Positions 1-12,017 of a stretch of DNA of 64,000 nt are shown piece by piece. The stretch is from Podarcis filfolensis. Taxonomy: Eukaryota. A program made the position numbers and the translations under genes. The stretch lies in the NCBI GenBank assembly GCA_964270895.1, contig OZ185449.1; one strand, 5' to 3'. The notes below the pieces were generated by a model that saw nothing but the letters and a program-made list of their open reading frames with translations, had not been told where the DNA came from and searched no databases. Position 1 is the stretch's first letter. Each line of letters opens with the position of its first letter.

Positions 1-1833
1 TATTTTGTACAGGCAGTGAGGTGGTTGGGCACAGTTTCTTCACTTAAGACATTCACTTGAATTCTAGCAGAAGTGTCCTCCATGTGCTATTCCTATTCCT
101 ACTGGTACAAAAGGCAGCTACTGAGAAAGGCCCGTAGTTCAAAAACAAAACTGGTAAGTTGCTCAGCCAGCAGAGAGATTCCCAACTCAAGGAGTGCAGA
201 ATTTAAGGAAGATGGCTTTGTTTCTTTTTTTCCCCTTGAGATATTTTCTGGAACAGGGCTCAACTGCTTCAGGCCTTCCCTCGAAACAGCAGTGCCGATG
301 GTTAATTTTAGATGCTGGACCTAATGGTCTTATGCAGGGGCCAATCTACTATGAAACAAATGAAGCTTAAGCTTCAGGACCCTTAATCCCAGAGGGGCTC
401 CAGAAGGGACTTTAGTGCAGCTGCACAAGTCAAAGCAATTAATTTTTCAACAATCCCAAATTTTGAGAGTCAGTAGCACAAACGCTGCAAAGGTGGAGTG
501 TCGCGGGATAGGAATTTCAATCAAAATATGAGATGCAGTAGTTGAATTATTTTTTAATTGCAGTGATGTGTCATGAAACAACCCATTGAGGAAGACAACC
601 GTGGTTACCCATACCTGGCTGCAAAGGGGCCCCCATAACAGAGCAAGCGTCAGGGCCCCAAAAATGTAGGCCCAGCACTGGTCTTATGGGAAGTCAGTGC
701 TTTTTCCCACCTGTATAGAGGAACATTGCCTTGTTTTGTTCTGGCATCCTTGGTACTAGATATGAGTACCAGCACCTCATTTTTTTTTTTAACCAAAGAA
801 ACCACAGCTGGGAACCCCTTCCTCACTTTAGATGGTCATCTTGTTCCAGTAACTTCAAAAATGTGGAAAGTCAGTCCTGCTGCCATGTCTGTCGGCCTCC
901 ATGCTCATTTTGCTGTGGGGACCATGACCTCTGCCCCAGAGTCCTGCCCTGACAGTGCCACGGCTCCTTATTCAATTACTTTCCTCACAAGGTGAGAGGC
1001 TATCAACAAAGTAGGAGTATATCCTTGGAAGGCCAAAGCAAAAAGAAAAGAAAAGAAAAAGCACAAGGCAAAAAAAATATTCAAAAACCAAAATGAAGAA
1101 AGGGCAGCTATCATGGACTAGGAGGAGCTATCATGGCAAATGAAAAACAACGCAGGATATGGGGAAGGGGGAGATATCACTGCGCACAAACTGTCGTTTG
1201 CAGATCTGGTAAGGAAGGACCCCCAGCATAATTACCTGGCTCTAGCCATGCAGCTCTCCTCCCTCGCCACAAAACTTCCTGTAGCTGCTTTCCTATCAAT
1301 ATGGCAGGTTTGAGCCATCAGCAGGCAATGGGGACAGCCCTAAAAGCTTCCAACACCTGGCACTTGTGTATTTTTGAAGGTGTTTGAAGACTGGTGGAGG
1401 TGGAGAGAGTTCTCTCCCCACATTTCTAAGGACACTCACTTGTCCTGTGGTCAGCAAAACTATGGAGTGCCAGTGTAAAAAATGCCCACTGACCAAAGTT
1501 AGCATTATAGTTCAGTTACAACAGCAAAAAGGCACAACAAGATCTGGCACCTCAAGTGCTGCAGCGGACTTTGATTCCTTCCCGCACCAAATGATTCCAT
1601 TGTGCCGTGAAAGCCAAAGGGAGTTGGACAACAAAAGACCAAAAAACTGGGATAGTGTATGTGTGGGGTGGGGGGAAAAGCAAATAAACTGCACGGGCTG
1701 GCTGACAATCAAGTAATCCCATGGGGAACTCTCCTCCTCTTGCGAGCAGAAGGTCAAGTCTGTGAGGTATATTGCGAAAAGCTCTCTCATTCCTGGATCC
1801 GCAATTCCCTAAATTCCGGAAGCCCAGGTCAAG

Positions 1834-1965
1834 CTAGGCTTGCAGCCCCAGGAAGCGGGCTGTATTCAGCACGTCATCTCTCGTCAGGTAGCAGCCGCAG
1901 AGCTGGCGGTAACCTGTGAAAGACTCCCGACCGTGCAGAACTCGCCAGTTGTCCACAAACAGGGC
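1834..1965 (-). CDS. TMLHE: TMLHE exon 8, coding part (last exon, stop TAG 1836-1834)
   Basis: Acceptor ctttctgcag|; 132 nt. Encodes ALFVDNWRVLHGRESFTGYRQLCGCYLTRDDVLNTARFLGLQA*, with the distal iron-binding His (VLHGR) and the 2OG-binding Arg. Not in the ORF track because it has no start codon. The seven exons sum to 1266 nt. Confidence 0.96.
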   Translation of the reverse strand, partial: ALFVDNWRVLHGRESFTGYRQLCGCYLTRDDVLNTARFLGLQA

Positions 1966-2272
1966 CTGCAGAAAGAACGAATGGGAAATTTGTGTCCACG
2001 CTGCAAGACTCTTCCTATACCTGTTACATCATTGGCGTCTGGTTAGGTAATCTTAGCAGGAACAGACATGTAGCTCGCCTCCCCCATTCTTTTGGAAATG
2101 GAAGACAAGTGAGGAAGCTGCTTTATACAAGGGTCAGAAGATCTGTCCACCCAACCCAGGGTTGTCTGCACAGCTTTGCATTACAACTCTCTTAGTGGGG
2201 GGTAGGAAAGCTGAAAATAATGCCAGTATATTTTGCATCTGGCAACCCATGAGCCCCTTTGGTTTCAGACAG

Positions 2273-2564
2273 TACATGGGTATGAGAGTCTAAAAAGCCT
2301 GGAACACAAGTTTTTATAGCCCTCTAGTGGCTATGGTGGCTCACTGACCACAAGTAATGTATTTACTAGATGTGTATACCTGATTCTGACCAAACTAAGC
2401 CTCCTGATGTATATTGTGCTCTAGAACGCTGAGTTTGGTCAGAATCAAGAATACACTTCCAGAGTTAATGCTAAAAACATTACTTCTGGTCTATGAGCCA
2501 CCATAGCTACTAGAGGACTGTGAAAATTTGCATCCCAGGCTTTTTAGACCTATCTACCTATGTA
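2273..2564. repeat. Long imperfect inverted repeat (fold-back element) in TMLHE intron 7
   Basis: Arms 2273-2396 and 2432-2564 are reverse complements, e.g. gtctaaaaagcctgg, ctctagtggctatggtggctca and tgattctgaccaaact. Confidence 0.85.
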
Positions 2565-2570
2565 TTATAC

Positions 2571-2640
2571 ATGACCCGGAAGCTGTACACCGGCTCCCTC
2601 GGCCAATAAAGTGTGATGAGCGCCGCAACCCCAGAGTCTA
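2571..2640 (+). mobile_element. Sauria SINE internal fragment
   Basis: atgacccggaagctgtac...gagcgccgcaaccccagagtc matches 39762-39830. Confidence 0.8.
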
Positions 2641-2789
2641 AAACCAAAGGGTGCATTGATTAACAGATGTGATTCCCCCACCTCCCAGCTCTCCTACATC
2701 ACTATCTGGGTCACAGGCAGATGGGTCTTTCCTACCACTTCAACTGGAGAGGCCATGTATTGAAGGAGCATGTGTCTGTCTGTGTACGT

Positions 2790-3215
2790 TTATGTGTCTG
2801 CTCCCAGTACGTTTCCGAGCACAATTCAAAGTGTTGGTGCTGAGCTTTAAAGCCCTAAATGGCCTCGGTCCAGTATACCTGAAGGAGCGTCTCCACCACC
2901 TCATTCAGCCTGGACACTGAGGTCCAGCACCGAGGGCCTTCTGGCGGTTCCCTCACTGCGAGAAGCCAAGTTACAGGGAACCAGGCAGAGGGCCTTCTCG
3001 GTAGTGGCACCCGCCCTGTGGAATGCCTTACCACCAGATGTCAAAGAGAAAAACAACTAGCAGACTTTTAGAAAACATCTGAAGGCAGCCCTGTATAGGG
3101 AAGTTTTTAAATATTTGATGTTTTACTGTGCTAAATGCTTTTACTTTGTTGGAAGACACCCAGAGTGGCTGGGGCAACCCAGTCAAGATGGGCAGCATAT
3201 AAATAATAAATTATC
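2790..3215 (+). mobile_element. L2 3' fragment
   Basis: WLPVRFRAQFKVLVL..KALNGLGPVYLKERL; same family as 41301-42509. Confidence 0.85.
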
Positions 3216-3868
3216 ACCATAACCATCATCAGGGGATGACTTCAGAAGGTCTCCCTCTCAGCACCCCTCAACTGATGGGGGCTGAGAGCAACCCCAATCT
3301 GAGCCACATCTTGCCTTGCTCTACACCTTATGCCACATATGATGTCAGACCTTGGACAGATGGGCGTACAGCCTCATGGGCTAAACTGGCCCGTGGGTTT
3401 GAAGTTCCCCACAATATGAACATAAAAAGCTACTTTATACAGATAATTGAGTGTCTGTTGCCCACTTCACTCTTGAGCAGATGTTAGTTTGGTGTTAAAT
3501 TAGTGCTGGGAGCCACAGTATGTTCACTTCATGTTTCCCCTGAGATACTTGAAAGAGATAACAAGGATGGTTCAGATGTAGCACACATATATTTCTGCCC
3601 TCCTGCATGGAAGAGGTTGGACACAAAGCGAAGAACAGCCCTGCTGGATCAAGCCAAAAAGGCTCCACAAGTCCAGCATCTTGCTATCACCGTGTTCAAC
3701 CAGATGCCTATGAGAAGCTTGCAGGGAAGACCAGAGCAGCCCTCTCCCCACCTGCGATTCCTAGCAAGTGGCAGAGGCTCTGGCAGTCGTGGTAGAACAC
3801 AGCCATTGTTGTCACTAAGAGACATGAATAGCCCTTTCCTCTGTGAACACGTCCAACCCTCTTTTAGT

Positions 3869-4231
3869 AGATGTAAAGGGACCCCTGACCATTAGGTCCA
3901 GTCGTGACCGACTCTGGGGTTGCTCACTCATCTCGCTCTATAGGCCAAGGGTGCCAGTGTTTGTCCGCAGACAGCTTCCGAGTCATGTGGCCAGCATGAC
4001 TAAGCCACTTCTGGCGAACCAGAGCAGCGCACGGAAACACCGTTTACCTTCCCACCAGAGCGGTACCTATTTATCTACTTGCACTTTGACGTGCTTTCAA
4101 ACTGCTAGGTTGGCAGGAACTGGGACTGAGCAACGGGAGCTCACCCTGTCGCGGGGATTCGAACCGCCAACCTTCTGATCGGCAAGTCCTAGGCTCTGTG
4201 GTTTAGACCACAGCACCACCCGCGTCCCTTT
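3869..4231 (-). mobile_element. Sauria SINE, full length
   Basis: tRNA-derived head GGGACGCGGGTGGTGCTGTGG and tail GGTCAGGGGTCCCTTTAC; 14-bp TSD AACCCTCTTTTAGT (3855-3868 and 4232-4245). Confidence 0.9.
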
Positions 4232-4387
4232 AACCCTCTTTTAGTGCCATCCAAATTGCTGGCAATCTCTACGTCTTCTGGGGGCTAATTCTGTAGTTTA
4301 GCAGTGGAAGAGCACTTTACTATGAGCTGCTAGTACCAAACGCGTCCACACAAAAGCCACATGCCGATCTGCTCGCCATGACTTTAC

Positions 4388-4526
4388 CTTGCCTGGCTTC
4401 AGCTTCACCCAGAGCTCATTCTCTGGTCTCCTTAGCTCGGCGGTGAGAGTGCGGTGTGCGCTGTACCAGCGGTGCACAGTGTCGTAAGGCACCGTGTTAA
4501 TGACGGCTCGGTCGTAGTTGTTGTAC
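4388..4526 (-). CDS. TMLHE: TMLHE exon 7
   Basis: Acceptor tattttag| and donor AAG|gtaaag; 139 nt. Encodes YNNYDRAVINTVPYDTVHRWYSAHRTLTAELRRPENELWVKLKPGK. Confidence 0.97.
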
Positions 4527-5846
4527 CTAAAATAAAACAGCAGAAGGGAACATCCACAGTGCACTACTTAAGGATTGCAATCCTCACATGGGAACCAGTA
4601 AGTCTCTCAGGATCCGCATGGGCAGAGGCATGACTGCTAGAAGTGATATCTATTTATCAGTGGGAGCAAACGCTTTGTGTATATCAGAGGAAGGGAGCCT
4701 GTTGTTAAGGCTTCAGTTTCCACCAGCCAGTAAGGCTAATGGTCATGAATGATGGGAACTGTAGTATAGGAACATCTGTGAAGCCAAAAGTTCCCTATAC
4801 CTGTGCACACATAAATTGGACTTGGGTTTTCTGCAGAAATTACGGGGAAGGACAGGAATGGTGTGCACAGCCAGTAAATTTGCCCAAATAGTGCATCTTT
4901 TAGTAGCTTCACCCCTGTGATTTTTTTAAAAAAGCAAACGTTAATTTTTGGGGGGTCATTCAGTAGGAACTTGCCAGGGGGCGGGGGCAGAAGGTAATTT
5001 TGCAGCACAACTTGATTTTCCTTCTTGACCAGCCAGATTCCGTAATAAAGTGGTAACTATTTTATCAGCACAAGATCCACAATGAAGCATCGCCTGGGCT
5101 CTGGTACAGGACTATTTGCTGGGATGGCTAGAGGAACAAACAAGGACTGTAGATATATCTAGGATCACATCCCTGTTCAGCTCTGGCTGAACTCTGCTTA
5201 AGGCCTCATCTGCACTATACATTTAAAGCAGTATTGTGTCACTTTAAAACAGTCACTGCTTCCTCCAAAGAATCCTGGGAACTGTAGTTTGGTAAGTGTG
5301 CTGAGTTGTTAGGAGAACAACTATTCCCTTCACAGAACTACAATTCCCAGTGTTTCCCAGGAAGAGGTACTGGTGGTTAAATCACTTGGGTATCTCTTCT
5401 GGTGGTGGAACATGCAATTTGACCATGTTTGCATGAACACAAACTGCTCCAACTGATGTTGTCACAACCCCAGAATCCAGCAGCACCCAGCATACCAAGT
5501 AAGAGGTTGCAGAGTCACCCCCTAAGGAGCCAGAATGGGTTCTTGACACAAAGCCTGATGCTGGAGACCAGGGGGGCTGCTAAACTGGAGTCTGGTGGGC
5601 AAGAGCCCCCTGGACCAGATTCCTCAACGCCAGATCCAGGACCCTCACAGGTGCTTTCCCTGGGCCTGAGAAGAACTGCCTGTCACAGGCCCAAGTGTAG
5701 CCCCTTTAAGGACTGTAGCTATCACAAAGGAGGTGGAGCCTAGGACCAGCGACAGAGGGTCAAATGGCCTCAGTCCACCTCTAGCTTTGTTCACTTGGAG
5801 TGCTCTGTGGTGCTGCAAAGACCAGGGCAGACACTGGCCATCTCAC

Positions 5847-6083
5847 CTGATCAAGTAGATCTCGTTGTTCCAGGGGTAGACATTCAAGACAGGCCCAACC
5901 CCAATCATGTGGTTGTGGCAGCCCCCCACATTCTCGATATATTCGTGCTTCAGTGGCACCTTGGTGAGGAGCTCAAAGTCATCCGGGGCTTGCTGGAGCA
6001 CCTGCTCTGCTGCGTAGAAGCCATCCACAAGCAATGTACGACCACCTGTCCCTTCGTGCCGGAGGCAGTGAAACACCTGGATG
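5847..6083 (-). CDS. TMLHE: TMLHE exon 6
   Basis: Acceptor ctccacag| and donor AG|gtgaga; 237 nt. Encodes IQVFHCLRHEGTGGRTLLVDGFYAAEQVLQQAPDDFELLTKVPLKHEYIENVGGCHNHMIGVGPVLNVYPWNNEIYLIR. Confidence 0.97.
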
Positions 6084-8099
6084 CTGTGGAGGGCAAGGAA
6101 GGAGCCAGTCACTTGGTGGCAATAAGTAGATTCAGATGTGGGGAGGTATCCTGTTAATGCTCCTGTATCGTTCCTTTCACAATGCATCATTACCTGTTGC
6201 ATTATGGAGCTTTGGCTTTTTGACCAATATACTGTACCAGCTAAATGTTGTGCTAAATGTCACTGGGTGTGATGTGACCCAGCTATGGACATTGTTGTAG
6301 AAAGTCACTCTTTCTGCATGTGTGCTTCCATTTCCCCATGGAACCCACAGGAAAGAAATGTAGGCTGGCATTATCACCCCAAATTTTGCCAATTACTCCC
6401 ACGATCTTCTGGGTTAATGCAGTTGCATGCTGATTTTATTCTGGAAGTAATTAACATGGAAATGAGCACCGAACTTCCACTATGCTTCACTAGATTTCTA
6501 GTAATGGCCTTTATGTCATGCGAAAGTTCAAATATAATGTGGAAATTAACAGGGAAACTGAATGTAGCCTGGAAAGTGATTCTGCTGTGGCTCTAAGAGT
6601 GGCCCTGACACGTCAGATCAACAAACTCTCTTGTGGTCCTTTGTAGTGGCCTTGTTCTAAACCAGGTGTGGGACACTAGAGCTGGCCAATAGTCAGGATT
6701 CTTATCTCTCTCCTTGTCCCCAATTCGACAGATGAGCAGAGCCGGCCACCTGCCAATCACCCCAAGCCACAATGTCAGGTTTCACATTCTTGTCTGTGTG
6801 GTTTGAAACCAAAGAGTGCAGGTGAAAAGCAAAGCCCTGTGCTCTGTTAAGCATGGAAAATGAGCTGCGTGTTTGTGCTTCAAAGCCCCATGCACAGGGC
6901 TTTTCAGGCACCACTGATCAGCTGACTGGCAGTGCCTACAGCCTCTCTTTTGACTCAGCCATGTCATATGTGGCATCAGGTGTAGAGCAGGTATGTAAGG
7001 CTTGGTGGGCCAAATGGGGAGGCCTAACAGGCATAACTAGGCCTGTGGGCCAGGGGTTCCCCACTGCTGTTTTTGACATTACTCTTGTCTTTACCACTTT
7101 GGCTCCTGGCTCATTAAAATAAGTCTAGTCCCTGGGAGGAAATGAGTAGAAAGCACAGCATCCATTTCCTGATACAGAAGGTATCTCAAGTAGAACAGCA
7201 CCTGGTTCCTCCTTGCTTTGGGCTCCTGGAACATCAGACTTCAGGTTGCTGCCAAAAGGTTACTGAATCTGCATTTCTGGATGCAAACCACTGAATGCCT
7301 CCCATATGCACCTGGTTCAGTCACCTGGATTTAGTTAGGGAATAAGGCTAAAACTTCCACTGCTGCATCTAGTTTGGAATTGGCCTAAACAATATAGGCC
7401 TGCAATGGACCTGGACCTAAGCCTTCTGTATATAAAACACAGACTATGCCAGCTACCTACAGTTTCTGTCCACTTGTCTATTTATGTAGAGAAATGTGTT
7501 TAAACCCTCTCCCTCTCTATTGCTTCTGTTAGTTATTAGAAGGGGCAAAACTAATATTGCTAGGTCTCTGAAGTTCAGCTGGCTTCTGAGAATCTACAAA
7601 GCATTTTTGTTTCCCTTTACTATCTTGAGGTCTAGAAACCTGCTTCTTGTCTTTTGATCATAACATATTACATATAGCGGTGAATATAATGGTGCAACCT
7701 CAGGCTTTTTCAACTTCTTTTCTTTTCCCCTTAGAGAGATTTTAAACTTTGCAGTCTCTGTGCTGGATACGTTCTCCCAAAATCTTGTCCAAGGTCAATG
7801 TTTTCAGGACCTGTTCAGAGCGCTATTCAAGCAGGTGCAGGCTGTTTGGAATTGCCACAGGTTAAAGGGACTTAAATTCCTCTGTACTAGAGCTTTCTGC
7901 AATGTGACTATATTAGGGTGATGGCTAGGTTTTGAAATTCACGTAACTGGGTAATAAAAACATCAAACTGCTGTCACTGGTAATAAAGGCAGGACTGCTT
8001 AGTTTCCTGTTGGTTTTCTGAAGCACTCTGAGAAGCTGGAAGAGATTATCACAGCTGGGGAGTCCCTTAATGCCCTGTGCTGTTGCATTCTTCACTGTA

Positions 8100-8718
8100 A
8101 AGGTACAGTGGTACCTCACAAGATGAATGCCTCGCAAGACGAATAACGCGCAAGACGAAAGAGTTTTCCGTTTTTTGAGTCGTTCCGCAAGACGAATTTC
8201 CCTATGGGCTTGCTTCGCAAGACGAAACGTCTTGCGAGTTTGTTTCCTTTTTCTTAAAGCCGCTAAGCCGTTAATAGCCGCTAAGCCGTTAATAGCCGTG
8301 CTTTGCAAGACGAAAAAACCGCAAGACGAAGAGACTCGCGGAACGGATTAATTTCGTCTTGCGAGGCACCACTGTAAAGGTAAAGGGACCCCTGACCATT
8401 AGGTCCAGTCGTGGCCGACTCTGGGGTTGCGGCGCTCATCTCGCTTTATTGGCCGAAGGAGCCAGCATACAGCTTCCAGGTCATGTGGCCAGCATGACTA
8501 AGCCACTTCTGGTGAACCAGAGCAGCGCACGGAAACACCGTTTACCTTCCCCGCCTATGTATCTACTTGCACTTTGAGGTGCTTTCAAACTGCTAGGTTG
8601 GCAGGAGCAGGGACCGAGCAACGGGAGCTCACCCTGTTGCGGGGATTCGAACCGCCAACCTTCTGATCGGCAATTCCTAGGCTCTGTGGTTTAACCCACA
8701 GCGCCACCTGTGTTCCTC
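8100..8718 (-). mobile_element. Sauria SINE with a MITE inserted in its tail
   Basis: Same family as the 3869 copy; 14-bp TSD CATTCTTCACTGTA (8086-8099 and 8719-8732). Confidence 0.9.
8106..8374. mobile_element. Tc1/mariner-pogo-type MITE with internal GCAAGACGAA repeats
   Basis: TIR CAGTGGTACCTC / GAGGCACCACTG; TA TSD on both sides. Confidence 0.85.
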
Positions 8719-8839
8719 CATTCTTCACTGTACTCCTTTCAAAAATAATCAGGAAGCAGGTGATGTGAAGGACCTTTAGAGAACCACTGCCACAGAGCTG
8801 ACACTATTGACCTAGATGGGAAAGTAGTGTGATCTGATA

Positions 8840-9023
8840 GGAAGCTGCCTTATACCAAGGCAGATCATTGGTTCATCTAACTCAGAACTGTCAACTCTGA
8901 CTGGCAGCAGGTCTTCTAGGGTTTCAGACAGGGTTCTCCCCCAGCCTTACCTAGAGACGTCAGGGGTTGAACCAGGGACCTTCCTTATGCAAAGCAGATT
9001 CTCTACCACTGAGCTATGGCTCT
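8840..9023 (-). mobile_element. Old tRNA-derived SINE (representative copy)
   Basis: Degenerate A/B boxes (agccatagctcagtggtagag...ggttcaacccc on the minus strand). Similar copies at about 17505-17686 (+), 18890-19050 (+), 28048-28182 (-), 58205-58335 (-), 59845-60195 (-) and 61460-61600 (-). Confidence 0.6.
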
Positions 9024-9309
9024 AACTGATGTAAAAACAGCTTCCTGGGATTCTTAATAGGCTGGCTCCTAATTGCAGGTGCAGCCACTGTTGATAAGCT
9101 CAGGGGAGCCTGCCCTACTGACAATGACTGAAGTCATAGCAGACTCAAAATGTGAATGCCCCACAAAGTCTACAGCATTTGTTGAGGTAAAATGAACCTG
9201 ACTACTCTGGCAGGGTGGGTTCCCTGAACCCTGTAAGGTGGAGTGGGAATGGGGGTAGTTACTGGAAGATTTAGCACAGATTTTTAAAAGTGTTTCACGC
9301 AGCTCAGAG

Positions 9310-9545
9310 TCAAACTATAGAACTCTCTCTCCCAGGAGGCAGTGATGGAGGGCTTTAAAAGAAGATTAGGCAAATTCATAAAGCTATCGATGGCTTCTAG
9401 CTCCACAGTCAGAGGCAGCAATACCAGCTGTTGGAAACCACAGGAGGGGAGATTTGCCCTTGTGCTCATGCTCTGCTCCCTGGCATACCACATGCATCTG
9501 GTTGGCTACTGTGAGAAAAAGGATGCTGGACTAGATGGGCCATGT
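9310..9545 (+). mobile_element. CR1-type 3' end
   Basis: caggaggcagtgatgg..ggctttaaaagaagattag..aaattcat followed by an ...atgctggactagatgggcc tail. Confidence 0.6.
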
Positions 9546-9771
9546 AAATTTGTTAAACAATTCAGGCCTCAGGATAACTTAAAATACATCTGCATTACTT
9601 ACTTAATCACCTAGACAACGCTTGGACGGAAGCCCAATGTAGGCTGTTCTAAAGACGTAACCAGGATAGAAGTATTAAACATAATAATGTGGTTAAACCT
9701 GATCATGACAAAAAGGAACAGTGCATTTGTGACTCGTGTCAGTCCCTGCCTCTTAGGCCATTGGAACATAC

Positions 9772-9891
9772 CCACAGGGTTCCTGGAAATAAGTGGTATC
9801 TGTGTGACGGTCCAAAGCCAGCTTGGTGTATGCTGTGTCTCCCCGGGAGAAGTCAGAGGTGAAGTGCCACATCCTGCCGTAGATAGTCTCC
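9772..9891 (-). CDS. TMLHE: TMLHE exon 5 (HxD iron-binding motif)
   Basis: Acceptor ttttccag| and donor GG|gtatgt; 120 nt. Encodes ETIYGRMWHFTSDFSRGDTAYTKLALDRHTDTTYFQEPCG, including the HTD of the 2-oxoglutarate/Fe(II) facial triad. Confidence 0.97.
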
Positions 9892-9898
9892 CTGGAAA

Positions 9899-9900
<2 letters not shown>

Positions 9901-9934
<34 letters not shown>
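9901..9934. repeat. (GA)n microsatellite forming the exon 5 polypyrimidine tract
   Basis: About 17 GA units immediately upstream of the exon 5 acceptor on the minus strand. Confidence 0.95.
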
Positions 9935-9936
<2 letters not shown>

Positions 9937-11737
9937 CACACGCATAAAGGCCTCTGTGTTGGCACCAACCACTAAGGCCACAGCAGGTGGGCTTGATGAC
10001 AATTCATGCAAATGAGCAGGTGAAGCAACACCTGTGCAGACCAATTCTATCTATGCTTGCTCAGACGCAATTTCCACAGACTTGGAAGCGTGCATGAAGT
10101 TAGATCTTTCGACAAAGGGGCAATATATAAATATAATAAATAAATAAATTACAAGAACAGGTGAGTTCCTCAAAATACACATCTCGGGTATCAAAGTCCA
10201 GGGAAAAGAGGAGTGTCCTCAGCATAAGGCAGAAACAATATGATGAAGGTTCCAGACACATCTCTGTGAGGAGGAATTTCTACAACTTAAAAGGCTGTCA
10301 AAGAGAATGCCCTTTCCTGGGCCACTGAACCTCTGAGTGTGATGGAACTGCCAAGAGGGTCTCCCTCTGCTTATCTAAACACCCGCAATCAGCTACTCCT
10401 ACTTCAGCTATTTCTCTCTGAACCCAGTCCTGAATTCCCTTCTGGGGTTAAGGATAGCAAGTCTGAATCTTGTCTGCACATGCCAATCTTTCAGGAGTAA
10501 CAATATTTACTAAAGCAAGAACGAATCTGGGTGGATTTGAGAAGATGAAAAGGGAATCCAGCCTTAAGAACAAGCCACGCATGGGAGGGGTTGAAAGGAA
10601 CAATCATCAGACACAGCAGCAAGAAAGACTAGAAGCTCCCAGGCCAAAGAGGCTGCTCAGGCCACTTCCAGGCTGGAGAGAAAGGGAGCCAGCAGGCAGG
10701 CAGCTGGTATAAATCCCTTCTTTCCTAATCCCCCAGGGCAATCCAGGGTCAGCCTGACAACTGCAGTTTAGATTGGAAGGGGCGGAGAAGAGAAACATTC
10801 CTTGTACTTTCCTCTGACGTCCCAAGCACTGCTTTGGTCTTTGGGTCTCCAGGGGCTGAGGCTGTTTCTCCTAACCTTTCCAGGGAAAACAGGAAGCAGT
10901 GATTGGCGTGAACACTAAAATGTTCCCAGCCTGCCAAAAGAACTTGCTCCTTGTTCTATGCTCAGCTCTGGCAGCTCTTGAACAAATGCTAAAGGAAAAG
11001 ATGGTACTCTTCCCCCCACCTTCTTTATTGTGAGCAGGAAGAAAAATAAACCCCAGTTCTGTGCAGCAACACAATAATCCTCAATAGACATCAGCATGGA
11101 GCACATTATCTAGGGCATGAGAAGAAATGCCACAACCACCAGGGCCCAGGTGCAACTGATGCAGGTAGACAAGGACTAAACAAACCTGGAGCACTCCAGA
11201 TTTTTTGGACTGCAACTCCCATCAGCCTCATCTAGCACAGGAGCTGATGGGCATTGCAGTCTAAAACACCTAGATGGCACCAGGCAGCTGAAGGCTGGAT
11301 TAAACCATATCTCAGTGGTAGAACACAGATTTTGCATTTAGAAGGTGCAAGATAATAAATAAAATGTGCTTTTTAAAAAGTACCCTTCGTTGCATATATA
11401 AAGTGCTTTGCAACTCTCGTCCTGCCTAAATTCTTTTAACACAGGGGTGGAGAAGATGCAGCACTTCATATGTCTCCGGACTAAAATAATCCATAGCCAC
11501 TGGCTGGGTCTGATGAGAGCTGGAATCCAACAACATCTGCAGGGTCAGAGGTCAATGCTTCCGAGTCTCTTTCCAGCCCTATGAGCATCAGAAGGAGATG
11601 CTGAATGGAAAGGCTGCAGACTCTGGAATGCTACACTCCTTTCTCAGCTCAGTCAGAGGAGAAGCACAGCAGTGTTGTGACCCAACGCAGGCAAGCCCCT
11701 GACATATTTCCACTTACCAAAACACCCACACAGTTAC

Positions 11738-12017
11738 CTGATCAAGCTGATCCTCTCTGCTAAGATCTCGGTGTCTTCTTTGGTTGGGGGGACGTTTTCC
11801 ACAAATGCGATCCCGTAGAGCAAGAAGTTCTGCAGGAACTCTTTCAGGCCCTCGTTGGTCTCCAGGAAGCTCTGGCAGTCCACTGAGGGCACTTGGGCTT
11901 CCTGGTAGATCTGAGCATTCCAGAGAATGCGTGGCTGCATGACCTGCTGCTTCTGCCCTTCGTAGCTGTTCTTCAGCAGCCATTCCAACCCATACCTCGT
12001 CACGTGGCCATCTGGCC
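11738..12017 (-). CDS. TMLHE: TMLHE exon 4
   Basis: Acceptor ctcccag| and donor AG|gtaact; 280 nt. Encodes WPDGHVTRYGLEWLLKNSYEGQKQQVMQPRILWNAQIYQEAQVPSVDCQSFLETNEGLKEFLQNFLLYGIAFVENVPPTKEDTEILAERISLIR. Confidence 0.97.

Noticed and set aside
726-995. Plus-strand ORF or exon ending in a donor-like CAAG|gtgaga
   Set aside because: No recognisable protein in any frame and no partner exons.
1-1833. TMLHE poly(A) signal
   Set aside because: No minus-strand AATAAA found. The single ATTAAA (558-553) lies in repeat-like DNA, so the 3' end is not called.
4140-4228. tRNA-like A/B boxes, here and at other SINE heads
   Set aside because: These are SINE heads followed by SINE bodies and TSDs, with no complete cloverleaf, so they are not tRNA genes.
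8130-8365. Recurring GCAAGACGAA units, and CTTCAGGTTA units in MITE family A, that resemble a CRISPR-like array
   Set aside because: The repeats are short with irregular spacing, bounded by TIRs and TA TSDs, in a vertebrate genome.
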